The notes: generated by a model from the sequence alone, not told the origin. Counted from the stretch's first letter, positions 37,798 through 47,641 are shown. The stretch: 64,000 bases of DNA from Promethearchaeota archaeon (GCA_030599585.1 JAUVNS010000002.1:96001-160000); one strand, 5' to 3'. Made by a program: numbers and translations.

Positions 37798-38406
37798 TTA
37801 TTTTTCTTTATTGATTCTAGCGAACTCATAAGAATAATGAGAAGAGGAGATATCTAATTGTTTAATCTGATTTTTATACTTCTGTCGTAGACTCTTATTT
37901 CCTTTCATTTCTTCTTCAATGTAATTAGGATTCAATTCTTTTTGTTCAAATAACCGCCATAGAAAGGCTTCAGCAAATTTAACTGGTCCAAATTTCTTTT
38001 CTACTAACACATAGTTGCTTTCATCAAGTAAATTATTGAAAAAGCCAAGATTATCGCAAAAATCAATTTTAAACTCAAGATCCTCTTGTTTTCCATAGAT
38101 TCTAGCAATGTCGTTAATAAATCTTCCTAGTTTATCTCCAAAGTTTATTTGATCCGTTTCCTCCATGCGTTCGAGAAGATTTCTAAGAAAACTCCTTTTA
38201 ATTACAACTAAATCACGATCGTTTAATGATTGAATTGTTGATTTCCGTTTTAAGAAGTATTTGCTGAGCTCTAAGTAATTTTTAATAAGACTATTTTTAT
38301 TGATACCCATTCGATCTTTCATTCTATCTAAATTTTCATTCAATTCTTGATCTATCCTTATTGTAATAACTTTGGTTTGCTTTTTTGGTTCAATTTCTTT
38401 GCTCAA
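37798..38406 (-). CDS. Ribbon-helix-helix domain protein (putative transcription regulator)
   Basis: TKVITIRIDQELNENLDRMKDRMGINKNSLIKNYLE fits the RHH pattern. TTG start after GTGA. Confidence 0.7.
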   Translation of the reverse strand: MSKEIEPKKQTKVITIRIDQELNENLDRMKDRMGINKNSLIKNYLELSKYFLKRKSTIQSLNDRDLVVIKRSFLRNLLERMEETDQINFGDKLGRFINDIARIYGKQEDLEFKIDFCDNLGFFNNLLDESNYVLVEKKFGPVKFAEAFLWRLFEQKELNPNYIEEEMKGNKSLRQKYKNQIKQLDISSSHYSYEFARINKEK

Positions 38407-38458
38407 CGGTCATCACTTCAAATTAGATTAGTAGTAATGTTTGTATGCATTTATAATC

Positions 38459-38898
38459 GTATGCAACAATTGTAAGTAATGTAACCTAACTAATATAATT
38501 TTGTGATCCGGTAGTGGGATATTTATGTGAATTTATCATCTTAAAAATTTGTCGCTGAGAATGAATATAACTACAGTAAAAGGCATTTACCATTATCAAT
38601 CAGCTTGTACCGATAAGTAATCCTAGATTGCGTAGCCATTTTGCCTAATTATTTTTGGATTAATAATAGTGTATAAAAATTTGCAACTCGTTAAATGTAA
38701 TTCTTTTTAAATAAACACCCTTTTGAATAAAATCAAGGATCACTTATTAAGCAAACATAAATTAAAAAAACGATTACACTATAAATCAATCAATTTAAGA
38801 AACTCTTTGATCAGATTGAATAAAGTTTTAATGATCCTACAATTTTGATAATTTTCATTTTACACTATTTCTTATGCATCGTTTGTAATTTATGTAAC
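38459..38898. repeat. Two copies of a 27-nt imperfect direct repeat (38459-38485 and 38872-38898), candidate operators
   Basis: GTATGCAACAATTGTAAGTAATGTAAC vs TTATGCATCGTTTGTAATTTATGTAAC, 21/27 identical, with TGYAW units at 9-nt period. Confidence 0.6.
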
Positions 38899-39021
38899 TA
38901 TTATAGTTAAATGTTATCAAAAGAATATTGAATTAGACTTATAAGGATAAGTTAACTTTGTAAATATGTATCCTAAGATCAAAGTTCTTCCAAGATTGTA
39001 ATAAAGGGTTGAAAATAATTT

Positions 39022-39402
39022 ATGGAGTTAAGTGAACCTAACCTATCGAGTAATGAAATAACAAACTCAGATATAAATGAAGTAGAAATCGAAAATGTTT
39101 TAGAATTAGAATTATTCGATGATACTCACAATTCATTAAAATCGAATGTTACTGTTGAAAATGTAGTGAAAGCACTTTCTTCACCAACGAGACGCCTTAT
39201 TTTACGCCAGATTCAGGATTCGAAGGAAGGAATGGATGTTTCTAATATTGCTTCATCATTAGGCATGACAGAAGCTAACATTTCTGCTCAAATTAAAAAA
39301 CTTCAGGAAGCGGGTTTAATTTTTTGTAACTATTGTTCTGGTAATCATGGAGTAAGAAAAATTAGTAATATAAAATTTAGTCAAATAGTTATTAATTTGT
39401 AA
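39022..39402 (+). CDS. ArsR-family winged-helix transcription regulator
   Basis: KALSSPTRRLIL...MDVSNIASSLGMTEANISAQIKKLQEAGLI. Confidence 0.85.
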   Translation: MELSEPNLSSNEITNSDINEVEIENVLELELFDDTHNSLKSNVTVENVVKALSSPTRRLILRQIQDSKEGMDVSNIASSLGMTEANISAQIKKLQEAGLIFCNYCSGNHGVRKISNIKFSQIVINL

Positions 39403-39442
39403 CTATACATATTCCCTTTCACCGAATAATTTAGGGATAAAG

Positions 39443-40603
39443 TTAATTCTGCTGGAAGTTCGAAATCAACACGTTCTTAATGTTTTCAAAATGTCCTAAG
39501 TTAATCAACAGTAAATCGTTTAATGCATCTGTCAATCCGGCAATTTCTATTTTTTCAACAATTTTATAGTAAGGACTTTTTTTCAGACGTTTTATTAGAG
39601 CTTTATTTTCTTCAATTCCGTCCAATAAATAATCTCTACATTTAATTTCTTTGCTTCCTAATATCCTTTGAATAATAGCAAGCAACATAGTATCAAAAGT
39701 GACCCTTAGTATGATTTCTCGGTCAAAATCTTTTTTAATTTTAAACAGATAATCTTTTAGTAGTAAAATTGATTCTTTAAAAAGTTCAATTGAATCGTTC
39801 CCAAGTTTTTCAATTCTTTCCTTAAACTCAGCCTTTTTTGTTGTAAGTAAACAGATTGCTGAAACCGTTTGGTATTCAGCAACAAAATGGATGAACCTTG
39901 CCTTGGTGTTAAGCGTTGTATCTTTAGATTCAGCATCTTTTAGCAATTCGTCGAGGTTAGTTAATGATTTTTTGAAATAAGTAGAAATCATATAAAATTT
40001 TTCTGCCGCAGCTTCGAATTCTTTATTTAGTATTAAGAGTCGAGCTTGTTTTTCTTCTTCTTGATAAAGTTCGTCAAATTCATTGATTTTCATTACAGCT
40101 TTTAATATTAATCGTTTTCCTTTATCTTTTGTAATGTGAGATCGTTCAAGCGCTTGCCCCGCCTCTAATAGGAGTATTGAAGACAGGCTAGAATATTCTT
40201 CAGGATCTGATTCATATAAATAATTTGATGCGCTTTCCCAACTTTCACCAGCTGTTTCCCAGTCTTTCATTCGAAATGAGATATTACCTAGCTGGATTAA
40301 TAGTTTTGCCGATATCTCATATAGTTTTAATTCTTCAGTTTTTCGTATAATTGATTTCAAGCGATAAGTTGCTTGAATATTACTTTTAAACTGAGATATA
40401 ATTTGTGTTATTCTAATATATATTTCGTCTAACTTAATGTAACTTCCTAAATCAAGATGAATCTGAGCTGCTTTCTCGTATTCCTCAATAGATTCATTTC
40501 CCCTTCCTTTATCTGCTAAATCCTCAGCAAAATCAATTAATCTTATCGCTTCAGCTTCCATTTCATCTTTTTCGTCGTTATTATACATAATCAAATTCCC
40601 CAA
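39443..40603 (-). CDS. Helical-repeat (TPR / alpha-SNAP-like) protein
   Basis: Repeats such as EEYEKAAQIHLDLG, DWETAGESWESASNYL and EFEAAAEKFYMIS. Confidence 0.6.
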   Translation of the reverse strand: MGNLIMYNNDEKDEMEAEAIRLIDFAEDLADKGRGNESIEEYEKAAQIHLDLGSYIKLDEIYIRITQIISQFKSNIQATYRLKSIIRKTEELKLYEISAKLLIQLGNISFRMKDWETAGESWESASNYLYESDPEEYSSLSSILLLEAGQALERSHITKDKGKRLILKAVMKINEFDELYQEEEKQARLLILNKEFEAAAEKFYMISTYFKKSLTNLDELLKDAESKDTTLNTKARFIHFVAEYQTVSAICLLTTKKAEFKERIEKLGNDSIELFKESILLLKDYLFKIKKDFDREIILRVTFDTMLLAIIQRILGSKEIKCRDYLLDGIEENKALIKRLKKSPYYKIVEKIEIAGLTDALNDLLLINLGHFENIKNVLISNFQQN

Positions 40604-40736
40604 AATATTTAGAATAATCAGTTTAAATTAGATTTATAGGTCTATTAAGTAATCCAAATGCGATAGTTCTTTAGTTATTGTATAAAATTAAGCTTATTTA
40701 AATTTTGATACTAAAAAATAGAATTCTATTCAGGCA

Positions 40737-41618
40737 CTACAAATTGTCAAAAAGCCTGATATTCTCTTTTTTCATAACTTTTTTAAGCTCAATAGCCTGA
40801 TAGACAGACGCAAAGCATTCTTTTGCGTCTTCAATTGCCCCATAAAAAATAAAATTAGAATACCAAGAAGCAATAAACATTATACTAGCTTTCCGAGCCT
40901 TTGTGTGAAATTTTTTGTTTAATCTAGGCGAAGAATATTTAAAGAGAAAAAGAGTTGGTGCCGTACCTACAGGGAGTTTGAGAGCCCTGCTAACAATTTG
41001 TTGAGTTTCAAGGATGTGTGAGAAACTCTCAATATCGATAACTCCACCATCTATCCATATTTTTTCAACCCCTATTTTCTTTAAACCTTCTATGATGTTA
41101 GTATTTCCAGGTTGGTTATTCTCTGTAACGTAAGCGTATCTCTGTGTCGATCGCATGTTAGTAGGTCCAAGTATTAAAACCACGGCCGATGTTATTTTAT
41201 ATTTCTTGATTAACTCCGTTTCTTTTGTATTTTTGAGATTTGATATGGAGTTGTAAATATAATCCTCTGGTTTTATCCCTCGTTCGTTTAAATGCTCAAC
41301 TCCAGCAATTCTTGCTTCGAAACTGCCACCTAAAACAAAGGGAGGGTCATATAAATCTAAGTAAAAATCTAAATATTTCACCATTGCTTCAGGTGTTGTA
41401 GCAGAGATTTCGACTAAATCTGAGAGTTTATATTTAGAGGCTAGACTTTTTTGAGCATCGATTCTTTTTCTTGCTTTCGATACATCAAATTGTAGTCCAT
41501 TTTTTCTATCCACCAATGTTTGACCTTGGTAAAACATTGTACCGATTAAAATGGGAGGTAAGGTGAAATTTCCATACCCTAGCTTAACATTGCCGTATAA
41601 ATAATAGTCATCATTCAT
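40737..41618 (-). CDS. mtrH: MtrH-like pterin:corrinoid methyltransferase, divergent
   Basis: P.LIGTMFY.G...V....FD...A...I..Q, TTPEAMVKYLDF, YIYNSI and FYGAIEDA align with MtrH. Confidence 0.7.
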   Translation of the reverse strand: MNDDYYLYGNVKLGYGNFTLPPILIGTMFYQGQTLVDRKNGLQFDVSKARKRIDAQKSLASKYKLSDLVEISATTPEAMVKYLDFYLDLYDPPFVLGGSFEARIAGVEHLNERGIKPEDYIYNSISNLKNTKETELIKKYKITSAVVLILGPTNMRSTQRYAYVTENNQPGNTNIIEGLKKIGVEKIWIDGGVIDIESFSHILETQQIVSRALKLPVGTAPTLFLFKYSSPRLNKKFHTKARKASIMFIASWYSNFIFYGAIEDAKECFASVYQAIELKKVMKKENIRLFDNL

Positions 41619-41716
41619 GGTTGCTTTAAAGCATAATTATGTATTTAAGAAATTATATTTCACATCAATTATAATTTATCTCATTTAATTGAGTAGATAC
41701 AACGATGCTGTTGATA

Positions 41717-42916
41717 TTAAAATTTATGCAATTTCACTCCACAGTTTTTACAGCGACTATCGGTTAAATCTTTAAAACAGTGCTCATGGTAAAGGGTTTT
41801 GCAATTATCACATCTTAAGATATTTTGCAAATCTTCAAATATAAAATTGCACACCGGACACGAGTTAAACATATCATCCGAATCTAAATCGCTAAAATTG
41901 ATTAGTTCTACATGTGAAAGTTCAGGTGGTTTAGGATCTTTTTTAGATTTTATTCTTGGTTTGACAAGAGAGGTGAGCTTTTGAACTTGAGATACTTCAG
42001 TTGGAATTTTTAACAAATAGAAGCAATGAGGACATCGAACTGTTCCCGCTTGTTTCATTTTTCTGTCTTTTTGAGAATTAGCCCAAGAAGATAAGCAATG
42101 AATATGATAAGGAGTTTGACAATTCGGGCAATAGCGACCGCCAACATAAAAGGAACTTTTAGTGTAGGGATTTACATTTGAAAAGCAGATCGAGCATTTT
42201 TTATAATCTACTAAGCCTCTTATCTGTAACAATCGTTGTTCTTGATCTTTTGTCAGATCTTGGACTCTTAAAAGATCAGCTGATATTTTTCTAATAAAAG
42301 CAGGATTTTCAATAGCTGAAGTTGTCCCATCGCCATAAGTTTTAATATTAGATCCTGCTAAGTCATGAGCCGCTTGTAATAAAGATTGAGCGTCATTATT
42401 GTAATAATAGTTTCCCCCGGTGAGGTCGCTCATCCTTTTTAAGATATTGAGAGGAGAGAGTTCACCCAATCGAAATGTATCTATCTTTACATTCAATCCT
42501 TGAGCTAAACGCGCCATTTTCAAAGGATCAATAGAAGTTGTAGTAAAATTGCCATCCGAAATAACAAGGATTCGAGGAATTTTAGCGGCGATCTTCCGTA
42601 ATTCAGAAATAATTAATTTAATAGAAAGTCCTAGGGCTTCTCCCAAAGCAGATTTTCCAGAAACTTCTAAATCATCTAATACTTCAAAAAGTTTAGTTTT
42701 ATCGTTTGTAAAATCAATTATTTTTTTTGGCTTATTCGAAAAATTTATTATTGCAAACGCGCTCGATGTATCTTGAGCAAATCTCTCACTAATTAACTTT
42801 TTTAAAGCATCTATACTACATTTAAATCGATTTGGGGTATAATCTGCTCGATACATTGATCTGGAGGTGTCGATGCAAACTACTATGTTTTCTGGGTGCC
42901 GTTCGGACAAATTCAA
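41717..42916 (-). CDS. VWA domain protein with two C-terminal RING/PHD-like zinc fingers (Ssl1/p44- or Rpn10-like VWA)
   Basis: IVVCIDTSRSM...DY.PNR, SDG, DP and TGG.Y in the VWA. Fingers CSIC...CPNC..YHIHC...CPHC and CPVC...CDNC..YHEHC...CKNC. Confidence 0.8.
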   Translation of the reverse strand: MNLSERHPENIVVCIDTSRSMYRADYTPNRFKCSIDALKKLISERFAQDTSSAFAIINFSNKPKKIIDFTNDKTKLFEVLDDLEVSGKSALGEALGLSIKLIISELRKIAAKIPRILVISDGNFTTTSIDPLKMARLAQGLNVKIDTFRLGELSPLNILKRMSDLTGGNYYYNNDAQSLLQAAHDLAGSNIKTYGDGTTSAIENPAFIRKISADLLRVQDLTKDQEQRLLQIRGLVDYKKCSICFSNVNPYTKSSFYVGGRYCPNCQTPYHIHCLSSWANSQKDRKMKQAGTVRCPHCFYLLKIPTEVSQVQKLTSLVKPRIKSKKDPKPPELSHVELINFSDLDSDDMFNSCPVCNFIFEDLQNILRCDNCKTLYHEHCFKDLTDSRCKNCGVKLHKF

Positions 42917-43089
42917 ATACCGTTTAAGCTCTTACTAGAGCCCTTAATTAGTTCTAATTATGAAATAAAATAAAAAGAATAAATAATTATGTTTTTTCAC
43001 AAAACTAAAATTTTATTAATTAGATATTTTACTATAAAAGTAAGTTACACTATAAATTAAAGTAAAATTGATTTTAAATCCGATGTATT

Positions 43090-44298
43090 ATGTCTGAAGA
43101 GGAAGCAAAAAGCGTTGTGATTAAAGACTTTTTCAAAAGGTCTGTGTTAATCAACGAATTAGATGAAGTGTTAAAATTCAAACCAGATTCGTTAATTGGA
43201 ATTGATCAAATTTCCTCAGACAAATTAGTAGAAAATAATGTAAAAACCATCGAGGAGCTAGCGAAACTATCGATCGAAAGTCTTCCAACTATTGAAGAAA
43301 TTCCTCCTAAAATTCTTCACAAATGGGTAAGAATCGCACAAGTACTTGAAAAAGCAATTAGAGAGAAAATAAAAACCCATAAGAAAATTTTAATGATAGG
43401 TTTAGATAATGGGGGAAAAACTAGCATTTTAGCAGTTCTCCAGGATAAATTTTCAATTATTAAGTCTCTTCTCCCCACAAGGGGAGTTAAACGCGAAAGA
43501 CTGGACTTTTTTGGTTACCCCATACTTAGTTGGGATTTGGGAGGTCAGGTGCAATATCGCGAAAAATTATATTTTAACAGACCTGAATTGTTCTTTACTG
43601 AAGCTGATTTAATACTTTATGTTATCGACACACAAGATAATGATAGATTTGCTGAAGCTGCAAATTATTTCCGTCAAGTATTAAAAGCATTGGTAGAATT
43701 AGATGAATCCCCTCCAACCATGATAGTTCTCTCAAAGAGCGATAAAGATATTCGAACTTCTCTCGAATGGCAAAATAATGTAACTGCAATAAAAAATAAA
43801 TTCAACAACATAATAGGCGAATATGGAAATTTAACAATCAGCTATTCTGATACAACTATATATCAGAAAGAAACTATAATGCAAATGTTCAGTGAAGCTT
43901 TGAAATTAGTTTCTGAAACTTCAGAGATAATTGAGAATATCATAGAGGATTTTACTCATACTATTGAAGGCAAAGCTGCGAGCTTAATTTCAATGGATGG
44001 TTTAATCTTTGGAAGCTTCACGAGCTCAGATATTGATGAAGCCTTGTTAAATAATACAGCACTAATTATGCAAACGCTTTCGAACTTTCATAGCTCGATA
44101 GGGTTAACTAGAGAACCATCAATAACGCTTGATTTTCCCTTAAATGGATTTTCAATTCGAGGAGAAAAACTTTTTGAATATTCTGAGCTAAAAATACCTG
44201 TATATTTGTGGTTACTTAGTGATAATTTCGAGCTATTAAAGGAGAAAATCGATTATTTCAAACAACAGCTACTACCTTTGATAAATTTATTTCTATAA
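43090..44298 (+). CDS. Arf-like GTPase with N-terminal HhH-like and C-terminal roadblock domains
   Basis: GLDNGGKT, PTRG, WDLGGQ..YR, YVID and SKSD. C-terminal KAASLISMDGLIFGSF (roadblock-like). N-terminal LIGID....KL....VKTIEELA. Confidence 0.8.
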   Translation: MSEEEAKSVVIKDFFKRSVLINELDEVLKFKPDSLIGIDQISSDKLVENNVKTIEELAKLSIESLPTIEEIPPKILHKWVRIAQVLEKAIREKIKTHKKILMIGLDNGGKTSILAVLQDKFSIIKSLLPTRGVKRERLDFFGYPILSWDLGGQVQYREKLYFNRPELFFTEADLILYVIDTQDNDRFAEAANYFRQVLKALVELDESPPTMIVLSKSDKDIRTSLEWQNNVTAIKNKFNNIIGEYGNLTISYSDTTIYQKETIMQMFSEALKLVSETSEIIENIIEDFTHTIEGKAASLISMDGLIFGSFTSSDIDEALLNNTALIMQTLSNFHSSIGLTREPSITLDFPLNGFSIRGEKLFEYSELKIPVYLWLLSDNFELLKEKIDYFKQQLLPLINLFL

Positions 44299-44411
44299 CC
44301 AAATATTTTTTCGTAAGTTATCATTTAGGCTTTATTTGCTCAAAACTTCTTTTGTTGAAATTATAACTTTGAAAATAAAGAATAGAAAATGTAAAAAAGA
44401 AAAATTCTACC

Positions 44412-44951
44412 ATGGTAAAACATAGAAAAACGGGAGCATATGAACACTTTTGTGTTCTTATTTTCGCACAAGGAATTTGGAAAGAAACTGATAAGGACAG
44501 TGTCAGAAATTTAATAATGGAAAAACTAAAAAGTTTGAAAGGGGCAACTTATAATATATTCCATAAGTTAACTTATCGAGATCAGATGCCTATTTATGCG
44601 GATTGCCATATATGCCAACCTATCTATAAAATGTTTGAGGAAATTAAGGGGAATAACGATGGGATTCTGTATCAAGGCCACCACTATCTTATTCCAGAAG
44701 ATGATTTTGAAGACATGAAACATTTAGCAAACTTGATTGTTTCTCACAGTAAAGTTAAAAAAATTTATTTATTATATCTTGATGGTTTCAAAGAGATTAA
44801 GAAAACTATTCTAAGCGAAATGAATTTAGAAGAATTTAAAGAAAAATTAAAATTCAAAAAATCTAGTATTAATGATTTTATCTTGATGATTGACAATAAT
44901 AAATTTAAGAATAGAACAGTCTATGAAATATCTAAAAGCCATTTCCTTTAA
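44412..44951 (+). CDS. Hypothetical protein
   Basis: 179-aa ATG ORF with one CxxC (CHIC); no family recognised. Confidence 0.6.
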   Translation: MVKHRKTGAYEHFCVLIFAQGIWKETDKDSVRNLIMEKLKSLKGATYNIFHKLTYRDQMPIYADCHICQPIYKMFEEIKGNNDGILYQGHHYLIPEDDFEDMKHLANLIVSHSKVKKIYLLYLDGFKEIKKTILSEMNLEEFKEKLKFKKSSINDFILMIDNNKFKNRTVYEISKSHFL

Positions 44952-44983
44952 AATATATGTACCTTAAATTCCAGTATTTCTAC

Positions 44984-45193
44984 TTACAGTTCAAGTTCTT
45001 TTCTTGCTGAAAGTAAAAATTCGGTACTCTTATCCATCATCTCGATTGCTTTATCTAGCTTTTCTACTACTGTAAGTAAATTTTTCTCTCTCGCTATTTC
45101 TCTCCATTTTATAAAACTTTCTTTATGAGAATCGTTATGATTCGCCCAATGTTCGCATAATTTGGAAAGTTTTAGAATTTGTTTATCTACCAT
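44984..45193 (-). CDS. Small helical protein with HWxxHNxxH motif (putative metal-binding)
   Basis: 69 aa, LCEHWANHNDSHKESF..W, directly downstream of cdhA on the same strand. Confidence 0.65.
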   Translation of the reverse strand: MVDKQILKLSKLCEHWANHNDSHKESFIKWREIAREKNLLTVVEKLDKAIEMMDKSTEFLLSARKELEL

Positions 45194-45286
45194 AATATTG
45201 TCTTTATTGATAATTGTGCAAATAAAAAAAAAGTGATTATTAAAATTGTTATTCTAATTTTAAAATAAAATAAAAAAAGGATTTAA

Positions 45287-47641
45287 TTATCGACATATTC
45301 TCTTTAAAAGGGTAGGATCGATTATTTCTTTAGGTTGCCAATCTCTTTCCTTAAGATATTCTTGAACTTCTGTTTTCAAATTGATAGGAATATCAGCTTC
45401 AACCCGAATGAACTTTTCTAAGTCGTTTGGAAAGTCTACTCCTTTATATTTTCGCTCTAAATCAATCCAATGAGATAATTTAATCATACGACCTTTACTA
45501 TTATCGGCAGGTCTTATTGCTAATTTTGCTACAAGGCAAATAGCTTGTTCTATTGATTCTGCGGTTGTTAAAAGATGCTCAGGAGCGGGTCCAATTAAAT
45601 GATTCGCTGTTCCATCCCTTGCGTTAAATACAGTCCAAGTTTCTTCATCATCTGACCGGCCTATGTATAACCGCCTATATTCTGAGGCGTGTGGTCCGAT
45701 AACTGCAGGGATACCCAAACCGTTTGCCATGCTTGCGATACTAGCCGCTTTCTGAGAATAAGCCCCCCAGGCTACTCCAACGGCCCCTACGCGATTTAAG
45801 ATGTAATCTGCAATTTCTTCATAATTGCCCCTTAGAGGTCTTCTAGCGAATATGTTAGCAACTTTACATGCTGCTCCGGCAATATGAGCGTCAGCTACAC
45901 AGGATCCAACATTTACGATACAGCCTCTATCAAAATCTCCGGGATACCGATCATAAATGGTTTTACCATCCTCATCTTTAACCAAACCAATGTCCATAGC
46001 AGCACAACCACTTACAAGAACGATGTAATTACGTTTACAGAATTCTTCCGCCATTGTATGTAATTCTTGAATCTCGTGAGAATAGTTACTGCAACCGATT
46101 ATTGCAACAATTCCAGGAATTTCGCCTAAAACGATAGGAGCGCCAACATTTCGTATTTCCGTGTCGAGAATGGGTCCCCTTCCAGAACGACAATTATATT
46201 TTTCGTTTTTAATATAATCTCTTGCTCCATGGTTTATTAAAGTAAGAGGAGAAACATTCTGCATGCAATCCTCTTCGCACCTTCCACATCCGAGACACTC
46301 ATGGAATAGGTCGCCTAAGAATGCAAAATTACCATCTTTTGCAAGATTAACTCCTTCTACAAGAGGGAGATCGTTTGGACAATTTCTCTGACAGTTTCCG
46401 CAACCGTTGCATCTCATAGCCATGGATTGACAACCCGCATCATCTGGTACAGCACTCTTCCCTTTTCTTAGCGGTTTAATTTTGATCGCAGTTTCAGCCG
46501 CTACAACTCCAGCTTTAATGGGATCTAATATTAATACGCCTTGTTCTCGGCCACTTACTAAGTCGTCAATGATTTCTGATACAGGATCGTCAGTTCTATC
46601 AACTAAACCCCCCATAACTTTTGCGTTAGTTGTAATATAAGGTGCTCCAACAGCTTTAGCCTCCTCAAATGTCCTTAAATTAACACATTGCTCATCAACC
46701 ATGACAACATCCGCAAAACCTAAACGAATGTAGGGAATTTGTCTTGAAAAAGAACCAATAACTTTAGCACCTTCGTAATATCGAGTTAAATCGTGAGCAG
46801 TACAACAAATTGCTCCTACATCGATTTTTTCATCGTAATTTTTTTCTCGCATATAATCAACTAACTCTACTCCTGGAGCTACGTTGTGCCCAATCATAAG
46901 AATTGTTGCTTTATTTGTATCCATTGTTCCCATGCCAAGTTCAACAATTGGAACATCTGGATCACCTATTGGCATTCCGTAGGCTACCATTTGCGCTACA
47001 TCAGAAACTTCCATCCCAACGGTATCGCATAGACCGGCTAAGAAGCTTTTTGCTTCAAAATCAAGATTACTTGATTCTTGGCCAGTATGACCAGCAGATA
47101 AAAGCTGAGTGATAGTAAAGTGAACCCAATTCATTGCAGTTTCTAAATCCTCGAGATTTTCAGGTTTCATACCAACAATTAATCGAGTCATTGGCATTTC
47201 AACGGCAATGCTATTTCCCATGTTTAGAGGAACATTACCGTATTTCTCTTTTAGCCAATGGAGTAAGTGATCACCATGTGATGAATGACAAGCTGCTCCC
47301 ACACAACAAGCTATTTCGACAATTCTTGATTGCTGTGTCTCCGAGTTAATACCGCACGCCCCCCGTCTTCCTTTTGAGAGGTTACATTTTCCATAAGTAC
47401 ATAAACAACAGAGGTCACAGATAGGCATATAAAATGGTTTATATCGTTCCAGGAGCTTAAAAAACCAGGATCGAAGTGTTGGAATTTCAGGTTTTGGATG
47501 GGGTCCCATTGGTTCCCATTCTGATTCATCTCCTTCTCTTATAATATTGCCAGCAGTGAGTTCGAATCCTTTAATTTGCCCGAAAGGACCAGAATAACTG
47601 TCAATTTTGATTTTTGCGCCTTTTTTTTCCATAATTTCCAC
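45287..47641 (-). CDS. cdhA: CO dehydrogenase / acetyl-CoA synthase complex alpha subunit (archaeal CdhA)
   Basis: MGPHPKP, CDLCCLCTYGKC, GHN, CCTAHD, two CxxCxxCxxxC ferredoxin motifs, GCSN, SGC, GSC and WGAYSQKA. Confidence 0.95.
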   Translation of the reverse strand: MEIMEKKGAKIKIDSYSGPFGQIKGFELTAGNIIREGDESEWEPMGPHPKPEIPTLRSWFFKLLERYKPFYMPICDLCCLCTYGKCNLSKGRRGACGINSETQQSRIVEIACCVGAACHSSHGDHLLHWLKEKYGNVPLNMGNSIAVEMPMTRLIVGMKPENLEDLETAMNWVHFTITQLLSAGHTGQESSNLDFEAKSFLAGLCDTVGMEVSDVAQMVAYGMPIGDPDVPIVELGMGTMDTNKATILMIGHNVAPGVELVDYMREKNYDEKIDVGAICCTAHDLTRYYEGAKVIGSFSRQIPYIRLGFADVVMVDEQCVNLRTFEEAKAVGAPYITTNAKVMGGLVDRTDDPVSEIIDDLVSGREQGVLILDPIKAGVVAAETAIKIKPLRKGKSAVPDDAGCQSMAMRCNGCGNCQRNCPNDLPLVEGVNLAKDGNFAFLGDLFHECLGCGRCEEDCMQNVSPLTLINHGARDYIKNEKYNCRSGRGPILDTEIRNVGAPIVLGEIPGIVAIIGCSNYSHEIQELHTMAEEFCKRNYIVLVSGCAAMDIGLVKDEDGKTIYDRYPGDFDRGCIVNVGSCVADAHIAGAACKVANIFARRPLRGNYEEIADYILNRVGAVGVAWGAYSQKAASIASMANGLGIPAVIGPHASEYRRLYIGRSDDEETWTVFNARDGTANHLIGPAPEHLLTTAESIEQAICLVAKLAIRPADNSKGRMIKLSHWIDLERKYKGVDFPNDLEKFIRVEADIPINLKTEVQEYLKERDWQPKEIIDPTLLKRICR

